DNA from: Catajapyx aquilonaris
Lineage: Eukaryota
Length of the DNA: 64,000 nt
Assembly: GCA_000934665.2 (NCBI GenBank)
Contig: JYFJ02000141.1
Span: 124,001 to 188,000, forward strand
Direction of reading: 5' to 3'
Of this stretch, positions 14,001 to 27,158 are shown piece by piece. Under the pieces are notes generated by a model. The model did no database searches. It saw only the letters and a list, made by a program, of their open reading frames with translations, and had not been told where the DNA came from. How positions within the stretch are numbered: position 1 is the first letter of the stretch; the number at the start of each line of letters is the position of its first letter. Position numbers and translations under genes: made by a program.

Positions 14001-16355
14001 GCGAATTTAAAACTGGAGTTTTCCAAAAGGGAATAAACTACATATATATATAGAGAGAGAGGGAGGATAATATTATAAAACCTACCTTTACCTAGCGAAT
14101 CCTAATATGGCGTGTTTTCGAGATGAAAAGAACGGAGTAAAAAAATAATCCGGTGCGATCGACAAACATTTTCATCTCTCTGAAGAAAACATCATTATCA
14201 AAGGTTGGAAAATGGTAGGTCGAGCTGCAAAAAGAGCTACCTGTTTGCACTTCAGAGGCCGACTTTGCGGTAAAGCCTTTCAACCGTGAAAATAATCAAA
14301 TTAATTTGGTCGGTGAAAAATCGTATATGTGAAAATGAAAGACAATTTCTTCAAAGAGTTCTGTAAAATGTGGTTTCTTCCGCAATTATAGTGTTGCATA
14401 ATTGGTCGCTATTTTTTGCCTTCATATTGTTATTGGTATGAAGATTTAGAACGGGGGTAAAAACCAGGTTTATTTTCAACTTAAAAATACATGAACGTAA
14501 CAATGTTCATTTTAATGCCACGTTTCAAAATAACGACGTTTGGAGCTGGTGATGTGGTTAAATAAATTCCAGGTTTTCGTGTGCAAGAATATAAAATGAA
14601 CTATTTTTATCTATGCAAAAATTTCGGATTGCCATTTTCGCAATTATGCAAACCGCGACTCTGTATCTTCCACAGCCGTCTTACAACTCGTTTTTTTCAG
14701 AGAATCTAATAATAAAATTTTAACTACAGTCCGTCGTTAAAATGATACGAGCACTGTGCCATAAACATCGCAGTATTTTATTACCTCTTTGTAGCGACGG
14801 AAAGCGTTCGCTTTGAAGCATTAAAAAAGTTGTCAGACACTGTCGTTTCCATCACTCCAAAAAAAATCTCCTGACTTTTGCCATTAACTTATAGCCTGAC
14901 ATTTGTATGGTTTCCCCACCTATTATTCAAACTGATTGCCTGAAAAAAGTTGACAAAAATACGCAGGTAGCCAGCTCTAAAAATGTCTCGCTATATGTTA
15001 TGTAACTCCCAACACTAGCTGCTTTTCATTCATATTCATCCATATTTCTCATGGAAAAATTCTCCCTCTCCCTCCCGGTTACTCATCGGAAATGATGGCA
15101 TTACATCCGAAATATATGCTGAACCCGCATTCTGGCTTTCCTTCCAGCTTTTTAATATATGCGTCTCATCCGGATCCAGAATTTTCGCGCATGGTTTCGC
15201 CACAAAAGATTCCTGGCAGTAGAATAGATCTAATAAAATATCCCCCAACGCCCCCGCACTACGCCCCCTTTCCTTTTAACTTAACGACCTTTACGAACGT
15301 GACGTCGAGGGTACGTGGTACTAACAATCTTTGCATTATTAGCTGAAATTAATTTAAGGCCCCCCCCGTCTAATAGGGCGCTCTGCTCGGACAGACAGCT
15401 TGCGATTCTTCACCTTAGGCTCAAATTATGTGGGAGCAGGAATTAATTACCTACTGCACATCCAGAGTTACTGAATGAGACATGATTCGTATAGATATTA
15501 GCAAACTGTATATGAAAAGTTCGCAAATATTTTATATAGAAATTTTCTGGCTAGAGTGAATTTTACTTATACGTCAAATGAGAATCACTCGAAACGTATA
15601 GGTGAAATTTTGTAATTTTTATTATACAGCACTATTGCGACATCAATTGCGCAACGGATCCGCCTACAATGTGCGGAAACTGTTTTGTGTAACGGCGTTT
15701 TATGAGCGAGAAAAATATACATCGTAACACAAAAATAAGCGCCTATCAGCATTTTGAGTAAACAATGGTGCCAGGACACTGCGGTTATGAGCGAACTGAT
15801 TGTTTCAAGAAAAATGTAGCCTAACAAACACAGAGTGTTTGTACTATCTCAAGGTTGCGACAAGTTCACCGGAAGAATGTCCCTTCTCAACTATAGTATG
15901 GTCTTTTCCAACCAACTTTTTGTAGCCCTCTTGACACTGTCTTCAACATCTTTCTCCGGAACTCCCACTTATTTTGCGCTCTTTTCTGCTCAATTTCAGT
16001 GCATTTTAATTCCACACTTGAAGTAGCACCAACTTCTGAAAACATTTCCCTAAAATTGACCCATAATCGATCAACTCTCAGCACAATTTTCCGGCCCATC
16101 TGCATAAATTCCTCACTCAAGAAAAATTATGGTACTGTAACAATTTCGCCTCTTGCTAAAAGAATAATATGACGTAAGTGAAAAATGTAATTAAAGGATT
16201 AATCATGGTCACTATCCCGAAATAACCGCGAACCTAATTAGCAAACGGCTGAAAAGATTGAAAAATGTGAGTGATCTTCCTGTGAATGGACAACCTGAGG
16301 AACTTTTTCACCACCCTTAGGCCCAATCCGTCCTAATGAGCCAAATGTAAGTTAC

Positions 16356-16493
16356 CTGAATTCGTCCGGCTGGAGGTGACACCACCAGAAAGATCCTCAT
16401 GGTGGACCGCAGGAAGTCGTCCCGGACTTGATCCGGTGACACTTTGCAAGACGACGTCATGTTGGAGGACAAAGACCGGAGTCGGATCACCAT
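16356..16493 (-). CDS. Probable alternative first coding exon (46 codons): MVIRLRSLSSNMTSSCKVSPDQVRDDFLRSTMRIFLVVSPPAGRIQ
   Basis: ATG at 16493, open frame, donor CAG|gtaact after 16356 in phase 0, the same exit phase as exon 24263-24191. The AG just before the ATG lacks a pyrimidine tract. TCAGT Inr-like motifs lie upstream on the minus strand at 16621-16616 and 16731-16726. Confidence 0.65.
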
Positions 16494-19400
16494 CTGGGGT
16501 CTTAGTATTGGGGCCAACAACTATTGGCCCTCGATACTCTGTCGCAACAGTGTCATCGGTCTAACAATGGGTTTTACGTCACAATGCGCGTCACCCTTAT
16601 TTTACAGAGAAAAAAAACTGAAAAAAGTCAACCGGGGGTGTCTAAACTCATCTCGATGGTGATTTTCGAGTGATGTCTAAGGTGACACCATTGGTGACGT
16701 CGATCTGGTTCAACCTGGAGGATCACACTGAGCCGGCTGCCTGTTGGGCTTTGCGGAGGGGTGGTTTTCAGCGCTCTCTGGTTGGACCAACTCGAATCAA
16801 TATCGGAAAGAGACAGAGGGGGGTGTAAAAGGGGAGGGGGCAGCAACAGCAGCCTTCAAACAACCCAGGCTATTATCGCACTAAAATAAGGATGCTGATG
16901 AGTTACTCAGCATCAAGATTTTTAGCAAGAAGAGCAAAGTTTGCCCAATTAAAATGTACTGAAAAAAGTTTCGCAAAGACACTGTTCCAAAGGAAAAGAG
17001 TGGTTTTCCTTCCAGTTTTTTTTTTCCTCTTCCTAAGAGTGATACCAAGTGTGTTATCAGCCGGATATTATTCGTACCGGTAGTATTGCGCTGAGGGGAT
17101 TTTATGTTGCATGTTATTCTGATGTATTAGGATAATTAGTTACTAACACTTGATCCCTGGTTGTTGCAAGTCAAAATAGGGAAGCCCCGGAGTGCGCACG
17201 GGTGTACTGTAATGATCGCATTACCGAGGTTGAAAAATAGGGTTTGTCGCGATTATGAGCTGGGGAGAGTATCTATTATAAGTTGAGCGGTGCAGAATTA
17301 ATCGGAGCTGTTGGTGTGTATTGCTGCGATACAGAGCTAGTTTCCGTGCATTATAATAATATTAAGGTCGTTTTCAAAGGCAAACTTATACTGCCTTCCT
17401 GGATGGAGTAATTTCATTATTATTGATACTGCTGAAATTAGCACTAGAGGGCTTCGATAAAGCGGAAAATAAATTTTACAGCTTACATCAGATGCGGCAT
17501 TTATTTTCAACGTGACTGTAAATTAGATAATGACATATTAAGTGTATTTAACATCAGTTTTTATGGGCCATTGGGCATTAATATCTATCATTCCTTCCTC
17601 AACGGCAGTGTACTTAATTAGGTTTTGCAATTACGGTTAATGATAAGTGAAAGCAGAGCCGTACAGTGAGCTTACATTGAATTTTATATAGTTCCCACCA
17701 CACTATTAGTGGCCAAGCCCTGTAGCTACTTGCTACATTTTTGGTGTAATAAAAACGTTACCAAGCGCTGTTTCTTTTCTTCCTATATTTTACATCGTGT
17801 ACGTCTACATTTTGGATTTCTAATTTTTAAATTAAATTTGGTTCAAAAATTATTACAAGTCAAAATTCATAATTCTGAAGAATCAAACTGCCGTCTTACA
17901 TAACACTGACTATTAACACTCCCAAGATCATGACACGCCTTCGCCTATTCTATGACGCAGTACGGGAATAGAACATGCACAACCACGTATAGTCTACGAT
18001 GACGCGTTATAGGTCGGGGTTTTACGTCACGTTGAAGTGACATGAGATACTATTTGCAGATAAAGACTGTTTATCCCCCCCCCCTTCTTGGAATTTTCGT
18101 TGTATTTCAAGATATATTCATTTCTGTAATCATCACTATGTTAGCGTAGTAAAACACATGGATGTGTTTCTCCTTACACCTTATGTGTAAAATATGAGCC
18201 TAAAACTGGCCTAAAATGTGTGTAACTAACATTAACCTAGATGTTTTTGCAGGTTAATATATTGGTGGAATTCTCGTGGACTTTTAAGGGGCGAAATAGC
18301 TGTAAAATAGTGATTTTGTATCCTGGAAAACCCAAAAATCTATATTCGGTTTTTAGACGAGAGATCAATTCATAATGTAAAATTAAATCTAGCTGGAATG
18401 TTATTGAACGTGTGATGCATTTAATTTCCCTCCTTCATTTCCCTTCAAAACGTTTAATTAACTCGTCGATATTGGCATGAAGTTAATTACAGATTACATT
18501 ATAGAGCGGTTCCAGAGAGGTGACACTCCGTTAATCTATTGCTAAAAAGTTACTAATATCACACATACAGCTGCATACAGCGGTTGATATTAATTGAAAA
18601 CCTGTGTAATCATCTGAATTTGATATTAGTCCCTTTGACACTGCAAATGAAGAGCATTGAAAAGCTTGAAACGTGTACTAAAAAGTGTCCAGGTTATGCT
18701 ACCTCCGGGCGGTGGAGCCATGCATGTATGTAATCATGCACACATTGAGTAGCTTATTACACAAGCGCACATCATTTCAGCTAACACGTTTTTGATCATT
18801 GAAAATGGGCGTATATTAAAATTACGCACGTATACTATCGGCCAAATATGTCGTGTATCCTGCGAGAGCCTACTTGCAACACGTTAGCAAAAAAAAGCGA
18901 ATGTCCGCAATAATACTTGGCCTATAGTAAGTGCAAGCTGCTATTATTCAAGCTACAATAGTATCAGGGAAAATAGCTCAGGACTTTCTGGTCAGTTCCT
19001 CCCACTATGTACACAAATTAAGGGTGAGTGCACAGCAGGTGACCTGATTCTGACGCGAGCTATAGTTCCTCTGATTTTAATTGTAAATTCGACTCCCCAT
19101 TTGCACTGTTACCCATACCCTTCTGCTTCTGTGCGAATTTTGAGATCACACTATGGTATGTTGAAGATGTGAATAACTTGTCTGGATCACTGTTTCAACA
19201 ATTCATAACTTTTCTCCCATTTCCCTCTTGTATAGCCCCCATGAATTGAACAGTCCTAAATCTAATCGCGCAGAGTATAATTTATGCTTTCTGCAAGCCC
19301 TGGAAATATCCCCTCCAGGTGTAATAAATACCTATTAATGCCGACCCGCTTTTTTTATCGCGCCTGAGGGAATATTGCAAATATATCTCAACAACAAAAA

Positions 19401-19957
19401 ACAGCAACAAAACACGAATTGTGATCAAGCTAAAACGCATCCGGACATAATCCTTTCCGCATCTCATTAGACAAGCCAATGAAGCACATCCTTATGTATA
19501 TTCTGCCCCGATTGTTTACCCCTCCCATGACACTCTTTTCTGCCCCCGCACTCGCCCCCAAGCCGTGACGCCATCGTCGATAAACATCCTCAGGTCCCCA
19601 CCCTCGGCTTTTTGCCAGGGTTATACGACAGACATAGGGGGGGCGGGAGATTCCTGCCCACGGGGTTAGTTTGACCCCCACACCTCCCCCATCACGTCTA
19701 TTTGACCGGGCCGCCTCACCTAATCTGGCCGCCCCATGTGTTTCCTTGCTTCACGGCTAGGGCTAATTTGCAATCGCCCACGCTAACGACACGCGCCGCA
19801 CTGATTTTAACTCGTCGCCCACAGGAAGAAGAGAGGGGATAATTGACCATGGTCGGTGCTGGGATGCTGTGTCACCAGAGTACACTGTTGAGGCAGGTTG
19901 TATCAACACAAATTAAGGACCAAATCGACCATTATGACTTGACTTGTTGGGGTTATG

Positions 19958-19972
19958 TTAGGTTAGGTTAGG
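19958..19972 (+). repeat. Interstitial (TTAGG)3 tract (arthropod telomere-type unit)
   Basis: TTAGGTTAGGTTAGG preceded by degenerate GGTTATG. Too short to be a telomere; probably a repeat remnant. Confidence 0.55.
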
Positions 19973-20152
19973 TTCTTTAGAAAATTCCGCCTAATATGCA
20001 ATACTCATTATTTATTTCCCTATTTTAATGTACGAGGTATTTAATTTTTTTCAATTCTTTCATAATATAGGCCTACCCAATATCGTCTTATTTTAATTTT
20101 GATTTATATTCCGTCATTTTTTAAAAATTTTAAGAGCGATTTTTACCTGTTC

Positions 20153-20293
20153 CTAGTCAGCAAGCAACTGAATGGTGTCTCCCTCCATTGCGCGCAGACG
20201 CAGTAAGGGGCTAATAGGAAGCATCGCGCTAACAATATACGGCGGACCAATCAGAAGCCTCGGTCATAGAACGAATGATTTTAATATTATAGA
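20153..20293 (-). mobile_element. Possible short non-autonomous Helitron-like remnant
   Basis: The minus strand begins a|TCTATAATATTAAAA (Helitron-type 5' TC end) and ends ...TCAGttgcttgCTGACTAG. It is a GC-rich island in very AT-rich flanks. The 3' hairpin is weak, and the base after CTAG is G rather than the expected T. Confidence 0.3.
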
Positions 20294-23200
20294 TATTTCA
20301 TCATACCGGGTATTTAATATTTAACTATACTTGCATTTCATTTTATGAATTAATTTTCACTATTTCATTTAATCATTATTAAGAAAATCAACGATTGAAA
20401 ACTGGTGTAACCACCAGCCTACACCTTTTTTGTGTCAATATAGCCAAGAAAGTATAAGCCTATATCCACGTCTCAAGCCTAATTTTCTCGTAAATTATGA
20501 ACTATATAAGAAATTTAATGGGTCTACTTGAGAACTTGAATAATGCGAATTCAGCCCCCCTTTTTTAAATAGCGCGAGGCTCGGAATTTTAAGGATGATC
20601 GATAATCTTATTAGGTCAAGATTGCATCCAGGCGTGTGACCTTTGTTTAGTGCGATGTAAAGTTCATGGGAGGGCGTGTTCGTCGCTCAGAAGGGGATGC
20701 GGAGCACACTATTTTTCTGCAGTTTTTTAAAAAAGTTTTGATGCACGCAAGCATCTAGCAGTTTAAGGTCACTATAGTAACTGCTGGGGGGGTTGTGTTA
20801 CGTCGGGTATGAGTAATGGTAATGGTGAGTCGTGTTGGCGCACTAGGCCGGATTTCAATCTAGCGGGTCATTGTCATTTACAATTACTTTCACAGTTTCA
20901 CCTTGATTTACATCAGTGGCATGGGGCGTCCCACAGCTGGAGGTGCCCACATTACCAAAATTACTGGCAGAAACATTTTGAGGAAATATGCCTAACCTTG
21001 CACATGACGAATTACATGCCATACTTGCTCGGAAAATGCGTACTTTAAAATATTATGATATTTTTATGATGGTATGATTGCCAAATATGCACGTTGGTGA
21101 TGAGTCGCCTTGGACAGACAGTCTCGCATAGCCAATTCTATACCAGATGAAAAGATCATTATCATGACATCCTGCAGGGGGGGTAGAGAAACTCGATCCT
21201 CCTTTTTCTGCAGAATCTATATAAATTCGTGGCCAGAAGCATCTTGTAGTCTGCACGTGGAGAGAGCAGAGGCAAGGAAGATAATTTTGAGCCCAGGAAT
21301 AAAATTTATGCCGCCAGTTAGAAGGAACCAATTCCAGGGCCAGGCAGTAAATAGGCCCCCGTGACCGTGGGCTGATGAACCCGTCTGCCAGTCGTTTCTC
21401 GAGAAAACTGCCCCCACATCTGCCCAATAATGCTAGAGTATTCAGCGAGATACGATACGCTCACGGTAATGGCAGATCGTTTCCCCTTCAGAAATCCACC
21501 GCTGCTTTTGTTTGCTCCCGGAGACTGCTGAAGGAGAATGACCTCCAGTCAGATAAGGGTGCTTATCTATATGCAAAAAAAAAATCCAGTAAGGAGTATG
21601 TTCAAACAGCTATTCCCTAATTGACGTTCGGAAAAATACTTCGGGAAATATCGGCAGATGCAAAGGGTTCCACGACCCCATTATAAGAAACTCGGATCGG
21701 TTGGCAAATTGCTGCGTTCAGCTCATTTACTTTTAAATGGTTATGCGACCCGTGAAATTCGAGCGTTGTAATCTGAAGTGAATGCTAACGTTAATAAACA
21801 AGACTGCCACAAGTACTTGAAAGTGTCCTAGGTGAATTCCATGTAATTGGCGCAAGTGGCATTTAATTAACTCTTGCAATTCAGGGTACACTCGCTGCAT
21901 GCCAGCAAACCGAACATTTTTCAACGCTATTTGCCTTCTCAGTTTCATTGATAAAATAAATACACTTCGCACTGTGGTGTTGGAGCAGTAGGAGCACGTC
22001 ACTGAGTACATACTCCTAAATCTAAGCACCGCAAATAACAGGCTCACAAAGGCAGTGTCTTTACTGGCAAATTCATTGAGGAACTGTAAGACCTCCTGCG
22101 ACCGCCTTTTAGGGATATATAGCTGGAGGAAACTGGCTCCCTTACAGTACCACCGGTGGAAGCTTGAAACTTTAAAATTCTCATTGAAGTCATATCAAGT
22201 TCGAGTGCACGTAGCTGTAAGCTTTCTTCCTCCGTGAAGACTGAAGAGGACCCAAGGCAAAATATTACAGTGCCATTTGTCTCTAGGGAGGTTGCCAATT
22301 ATTCCCAAGCAACTGATGCAACTACTCAGCTGTATTTTTTAATGCTTCAGGCCACAGAGAGTCGATTTAAAAATTAACATCTAGTTTACTGCCATACATC
22401 CGCTGGCATATTATAAAAGCATAAAAATAAATATTTTTCTGAGAAGTAATTTATTAGAGAACATATGAAGCCTTATGTAACTGAAAATAACTGCAGAATT
22501 ACTTCAGGTTGATAAACTGCAAAATAGCAGACACGGAAAATGCATATCGCTAATAAGTTGGAAATGAGAGCAACGATGTGACCTTGAGAGAGATGCAGAA
22601 ACCTTTTAGTGCGATGACGTCACGTAAACATGCCTAATGGTGCAGTACATGGCGACGCACTTTCCGTTTATACGCCAGGGTAATTTCATTTACTTAAGAA
22701 ACAGCTACTTGCCCAGATGAAATTGCTCCCATTTATTTCGATTAACGATTCGGCCCTGTAAAGCGTTATACTCCAATTCGCACGTTTTTAATTGCGACCG
22801 TTCTTGAACCATCCGTCTTTTCCATGACATCTGATTGTCCCAGTGAAGTACGTGACGTGCCCTCTACATTGATCTGGCACAACATCAAGTGGCTGTGTAC
22901 TGATCAAGCGAGGCGTTACATCAAGTGCAAAGCGATCTCATAAAATGACAAAGCCGCTCACTTAGTAAATCGTCCTAAATTACATCCACTGGCTGCACTC
23001 CGCAAAATGAACGTCCAGTTCATAAAATGTCAAATTACATCAATTGAGCCTAGGGCGCATGCATTTGAGTTGTTGGAGCGAACGAATGGAAATGGACGTG
23101 AAACATAATTATAATCTGCAATGCAACACTGGCTCACATATCTTCCGATACGAATGTAAGCTTAATTATGAAACACGCGGTTTAATAAGTAAATGACATG

Positions 23201-24190
23201 GAACCCGCAGAAACGTCAACATAGCGCCACTAATATTTACACCTATTCAGGAGTGGACCTGTAAACAAATATTTGCAACATAGTTCAAAACCCTCGGTAA
23301 ATTTAAATATAGTTCAGCAAATATTAGTATTATGTACTCCAAGGTCACAAAAGCTATAAAAATTTATTCGGTCTCATTCGCAATAAAAAATTCGAAACAT
23401 TAAGGCCCAGTCATGGCCAAACCATTTGACATTTCTGCACTACAACTGCCCTTAGTTTTCCTTATCTACTGTACTCCAGACCAAGGAAAAGGTCATAAAG
23501 CCCGCTATAGGTCATCCGGGCCCAAAGTTCCGTCTCTTTTTACACCACACCGCCCCTTTTTCCTCTGGAAACAACGTACAGCCAGAAAGCTATCGATCGT
23601 CGAAATTAGGAGTACACTCAAAAAAAATACACTCACCATCAATATTTTTAGGCCCCTTAATTAATGGACATTCCGCCAGATACTATTGAGTGTTGTAATG
23701 GAGTGGACTTGCTTTTTTACTGGGGGGAAAAAATCCGGGGACAATAGCCCCCGCGGATATAAGTGGTTCCACTCAGCAAGATCCGGACTTTTCCGGATGC
23801 TCGAATTTGCGTCGCGAACATCGTTCAACGTCCGTCGAAACGAGTGCATTTTCATTTTGCAACCATTTTGGTGGACAACCCGACAAATAATTTTGGAACG
23901 CAATCGGACCAAATAAATCACCTAGAAGGTAGATTTTTTTTTCCAGGCTATTCCTGGACAGTGCGTCCATTGTGGTGTCCCCAAGACTTTTCTTGAGGAT
24001 ATAGAGTGTATAGGGGGATGATTTATTGCACAGTGTCCTTCTGTGGGGATTTAATCCTGGGTGGGGAAAATCCAAGGGAGGCTTGACACGAGAACCGAAT
24101 TTAGGTGTCAGGTGACATCCTAGAAAGTCCTTCAATTGATTCGCATCCGCACACTGTACAGGGGGTGTCGCAAAAAAAATGGGCACTTAC

Positions 24191-24263
24191 CTCCTTTTGT
24201 TGACTGCAATGTGCTTTCTTCCTCCTCAGTTTAGAACTCCGTTTGCCATGCCGTACTCGCGAC
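24191..24263 (-). CDS. Internal coding exon (73 nt, phase 2 to 0): (P)SRVRHGKRSSKLRRKKAHCSQQKE, a basic NLS-like stretch
   Basis: Strong acceptor (pyrimidine tract then ttttgttgcAG|G) and perfect donor GAG|gtaagt. The frame required by the upstream exon is the only stop-free one. Confidence 0.8.
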
Positions 24264-26781
24264 CTGCAACAAAAGAGGGGGGATGAATTTCTCCAGAGGG
24301 AAATATGAAAACTGGGGCTGTCCAACACTCAAAACCAGCTGGTGTCGAAAATCAATTTTGGTGAGAACGAGGTAAAACTGGGAAAATCTCTGGAGGGTGC
24401 GAAGGTTTCTGAATAATAGCTCCCCCCCCCCCCAACTTGTGCCATATATTCCAACAGACAGTGGGGAATCAGACAAAAAAATATGGTCTCAATACCCGAG
24501 CTTAAGACTATTGAAAGCGACTTATTTAGCTGAAAGTGTCTCCCTTTCGCACGAGTACTCCCTAATTTTTTGCTTTCTCCAAAGAACTAGATTATCTCAT
24601 TTGGCGACGGGCCAAAAAGGAGGCTTTGGGAGGCTGGAGGAAATGAATTGCTCGCCAAAATTCTGCTCGACCGGGAGGATGAGGATACGTGCAAGAGATT
24701 GCCAATCGCAAATTCCCTTTTGAATGAAACTGTACTGTCAGCCCGTGTTGGGACGACACAAGTTCCATATACTCCCCCCCAAGTGCTGGCCCTAAAATCC
24801 GAGGCAACTTGCTACTAAATTGTTGGCAGGACTGCTCCAAAGACAACCCGATTAAACGCTGGCTGAAGCACCAGGAGAAACATAGAAACTTGGTGCAACA
24901 ATGCCTATAGAAAAGCTGTGGGGACTGCGAGTTGGAGGTTTGAAATCCCCTTTGTCTTCCCCCGCATGTCACACGGGGTCAGGTCAGTTAATGGATTGCG
25001 GGCTTGGGAGTTTACTTAGCTCCAAGCGGCCAGAACCAACTGTGAATAAGGCTTGAACCGAATAATGGGCGAGGCTCTGACTAATTATTTACAACTTATC
25101 AAGGCCATCCGGATTGATTAGTTGGAATGTACTGCTCATGGCGATGAAGTTAGGTTTATCCTAGTTTGTTAGACAACCCAAGAGGTTCTCTTGTTTAACA
25201 GGTACACTACATGTCAGGGGCAAAATAATTTTGACGCACAATTTTTTTTTTACTAATTTTATAGATAGTAGCCTATACCAGTGAACAACAACATTCTGAC
25301 AGCCAGCAGTAAAGTGCAACAGTTCTGTAGCAAGTATGACATTCCGTGTCTGCGAATAACGCCTAGACAGGATATTACTCCACCCTCTAAATAATATTAC
25401 AGAATTCTCCATCCAACGCAATTTAATAACCAGGCCCGAGTCCCTTTGTCTTTGAGAGAATTCAGCGACAAATATGCAACAAGATCTGGGCCACCGCCAG
25501 GAAATTGAATGCTATCACGCAACAACAGCCTTTGGCCCCGACTTCATTGTTGCTGTTGAAGTGTCGGAATGTTAACTCATACCACCCTGTCTAATATGGC
25601 CCCGGAAATGAACTTGGCGGGATGGGGAGGGCAAAAATGAGGTTCATTTTTTTTAAACCACGAGAAGAGCGTGATCAATGCACATTTTGTTCCATAGTCT
25701 TCGAGCCAAAATCTAGTGTAAATACTATACAGAGTTAGTTGCGGGTATTCCCGTGGCAGAGAGCCACATAGTTCTGCTGGTTCAGCTCGGTTATGCCTGC
25801 AGGGCAATTTGCCCAGTTTGCTCACAGATGTCGGCAGGCTCCACTCTCCATAGTTGTAGTACAGTAAAGCTCTGCAAAGGGATTTGTCGGAACACGAAAC
25901 ATTTCGTTTCATAACGTATAATATGACGTGATATCATTTCTTATATAAAACTTGCCGGTGAAAACCAAAAATTTAGCAGCGATTTTTTAGCTTAATTAAA
26001 CTTAATGGTTACAGAATTTTGCAAAAAAAAATCCTGGTAGCTTAATAATTGAGTCAAACAATTACAAACTTTGTATCCTCACTCGCAGGCCAATAATCCG
26101 CTGCTAAAAGCTTTCGCGACAATCTAATCCTTCGTGTCTCAATGTAAGCAATGTATCGAACACACTATCGTGTTTTTTTTTTGCTCGCTGCCAGCAAGTT
26201 ATCTCAAATATGCGAACGTCAACACCGGAAATAAAATCAGTGTCAATCTCATTAACTCGCCATAATAAATTATATCATCAAATGTCCTGTTTATCTCAAG
26301 GCATGGACTACTTTCGCTGATCCTCATGCTCTGTGACTATTCTGGTCTCGTGCGCAGATTTTGTCTACCGTGAAGAAACCGTCGAAAATAGATGATAAGC
26401 CATCGATTCCAAGTTGTCATGAAATCCGCATCATTATTTTTCAACTTGCACGGAAACTAATGCCGGGCCCACATGTTATTTATTACATTCTTAATTTTTT
26501 TATATACAGTATAAAAATGACACGTCACAGTTTGGCATAACTATTCCTGCTCAGAGACTTGCAATTGACTAGTGAGAACACCGTCCTGAGCCCGAATAAT
26601 AACCGGAGTTCAAGCATCTCCCCGCTTAATTAAATCCTCATGAACTTTGCTCAGAAGTCAGGATCCGCTCTTGACTCGGACATTTTCAAGGGGAATGACC
26701 AATTAGTGTGGTGGGGGCGAGTATTAGACCTCCCTAAGGGTGTATATATTTTTATATAATAAAAAAAGAGAGGACACTTAC

Positions 26782-26890
26782 GGAGGGTCGTGGCAGCTGA
26801 CCTCTGGGTCTCTGACATCGCCAGCCTTGATGTCCTTGTCGTCGTCATCCTCCGACACTTGACTCAAGTGCGACGGATCCCGCTGAGAAC
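26782..26890 (-). CDS. Internal coding exon (109 nt, phase 1 to 2): (G)SQRDPSHLSQVSEDDDDKDIKAGDVRDPEVSCHDP(P)
   Basis: Pyrimidine tract then ...ccccataaaaccAG|GT acceptor, and donor TCC|gtaagt. GC-rich island in AT-rich intron. Phase-compatible with the exons on both sides. Confidence 0.8.
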
Positions 26891-27158
26891 CTGGTTTTAT
26901 GGGGTTAAAAAAAGAGGGAAGGTAATGAGAAAATTGTAATCAAATTTAAGAGGGTGAAAGAACCTGGTAAAAAAAAGCGAGGCTAGTTTTTTGGGCAGCA
27001 CAGACAATTATTTGCATCCTAATTTATTAACAGACTGCCTGGAATTATATGAGTCTGAAACTATCCCTTTCGAAAGGTCAAAACAATATTTTGATATGAA
27101 ATGTAAAATAGTAAGGGTTTGGTTTGCATAGAACCTGGTTATGTGAATGTAGCATTTG

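Noticed and set aside
22048..22298. Minus-strand ORF with possible acceptor (cttcAG) and donor (TTT|gtgagc)
   Set aside because: Its open frame is out of phase with the preceding phase-0 exon, and phase-0 entry hits a stop after 16 codons.
26834..26848. DDDDK (enterokinase/FLAG-like) peptide in exon 26890-26782
   Set aside because: Natural acidic patch. The DYK of a FLAG tag and any vector context are absent.
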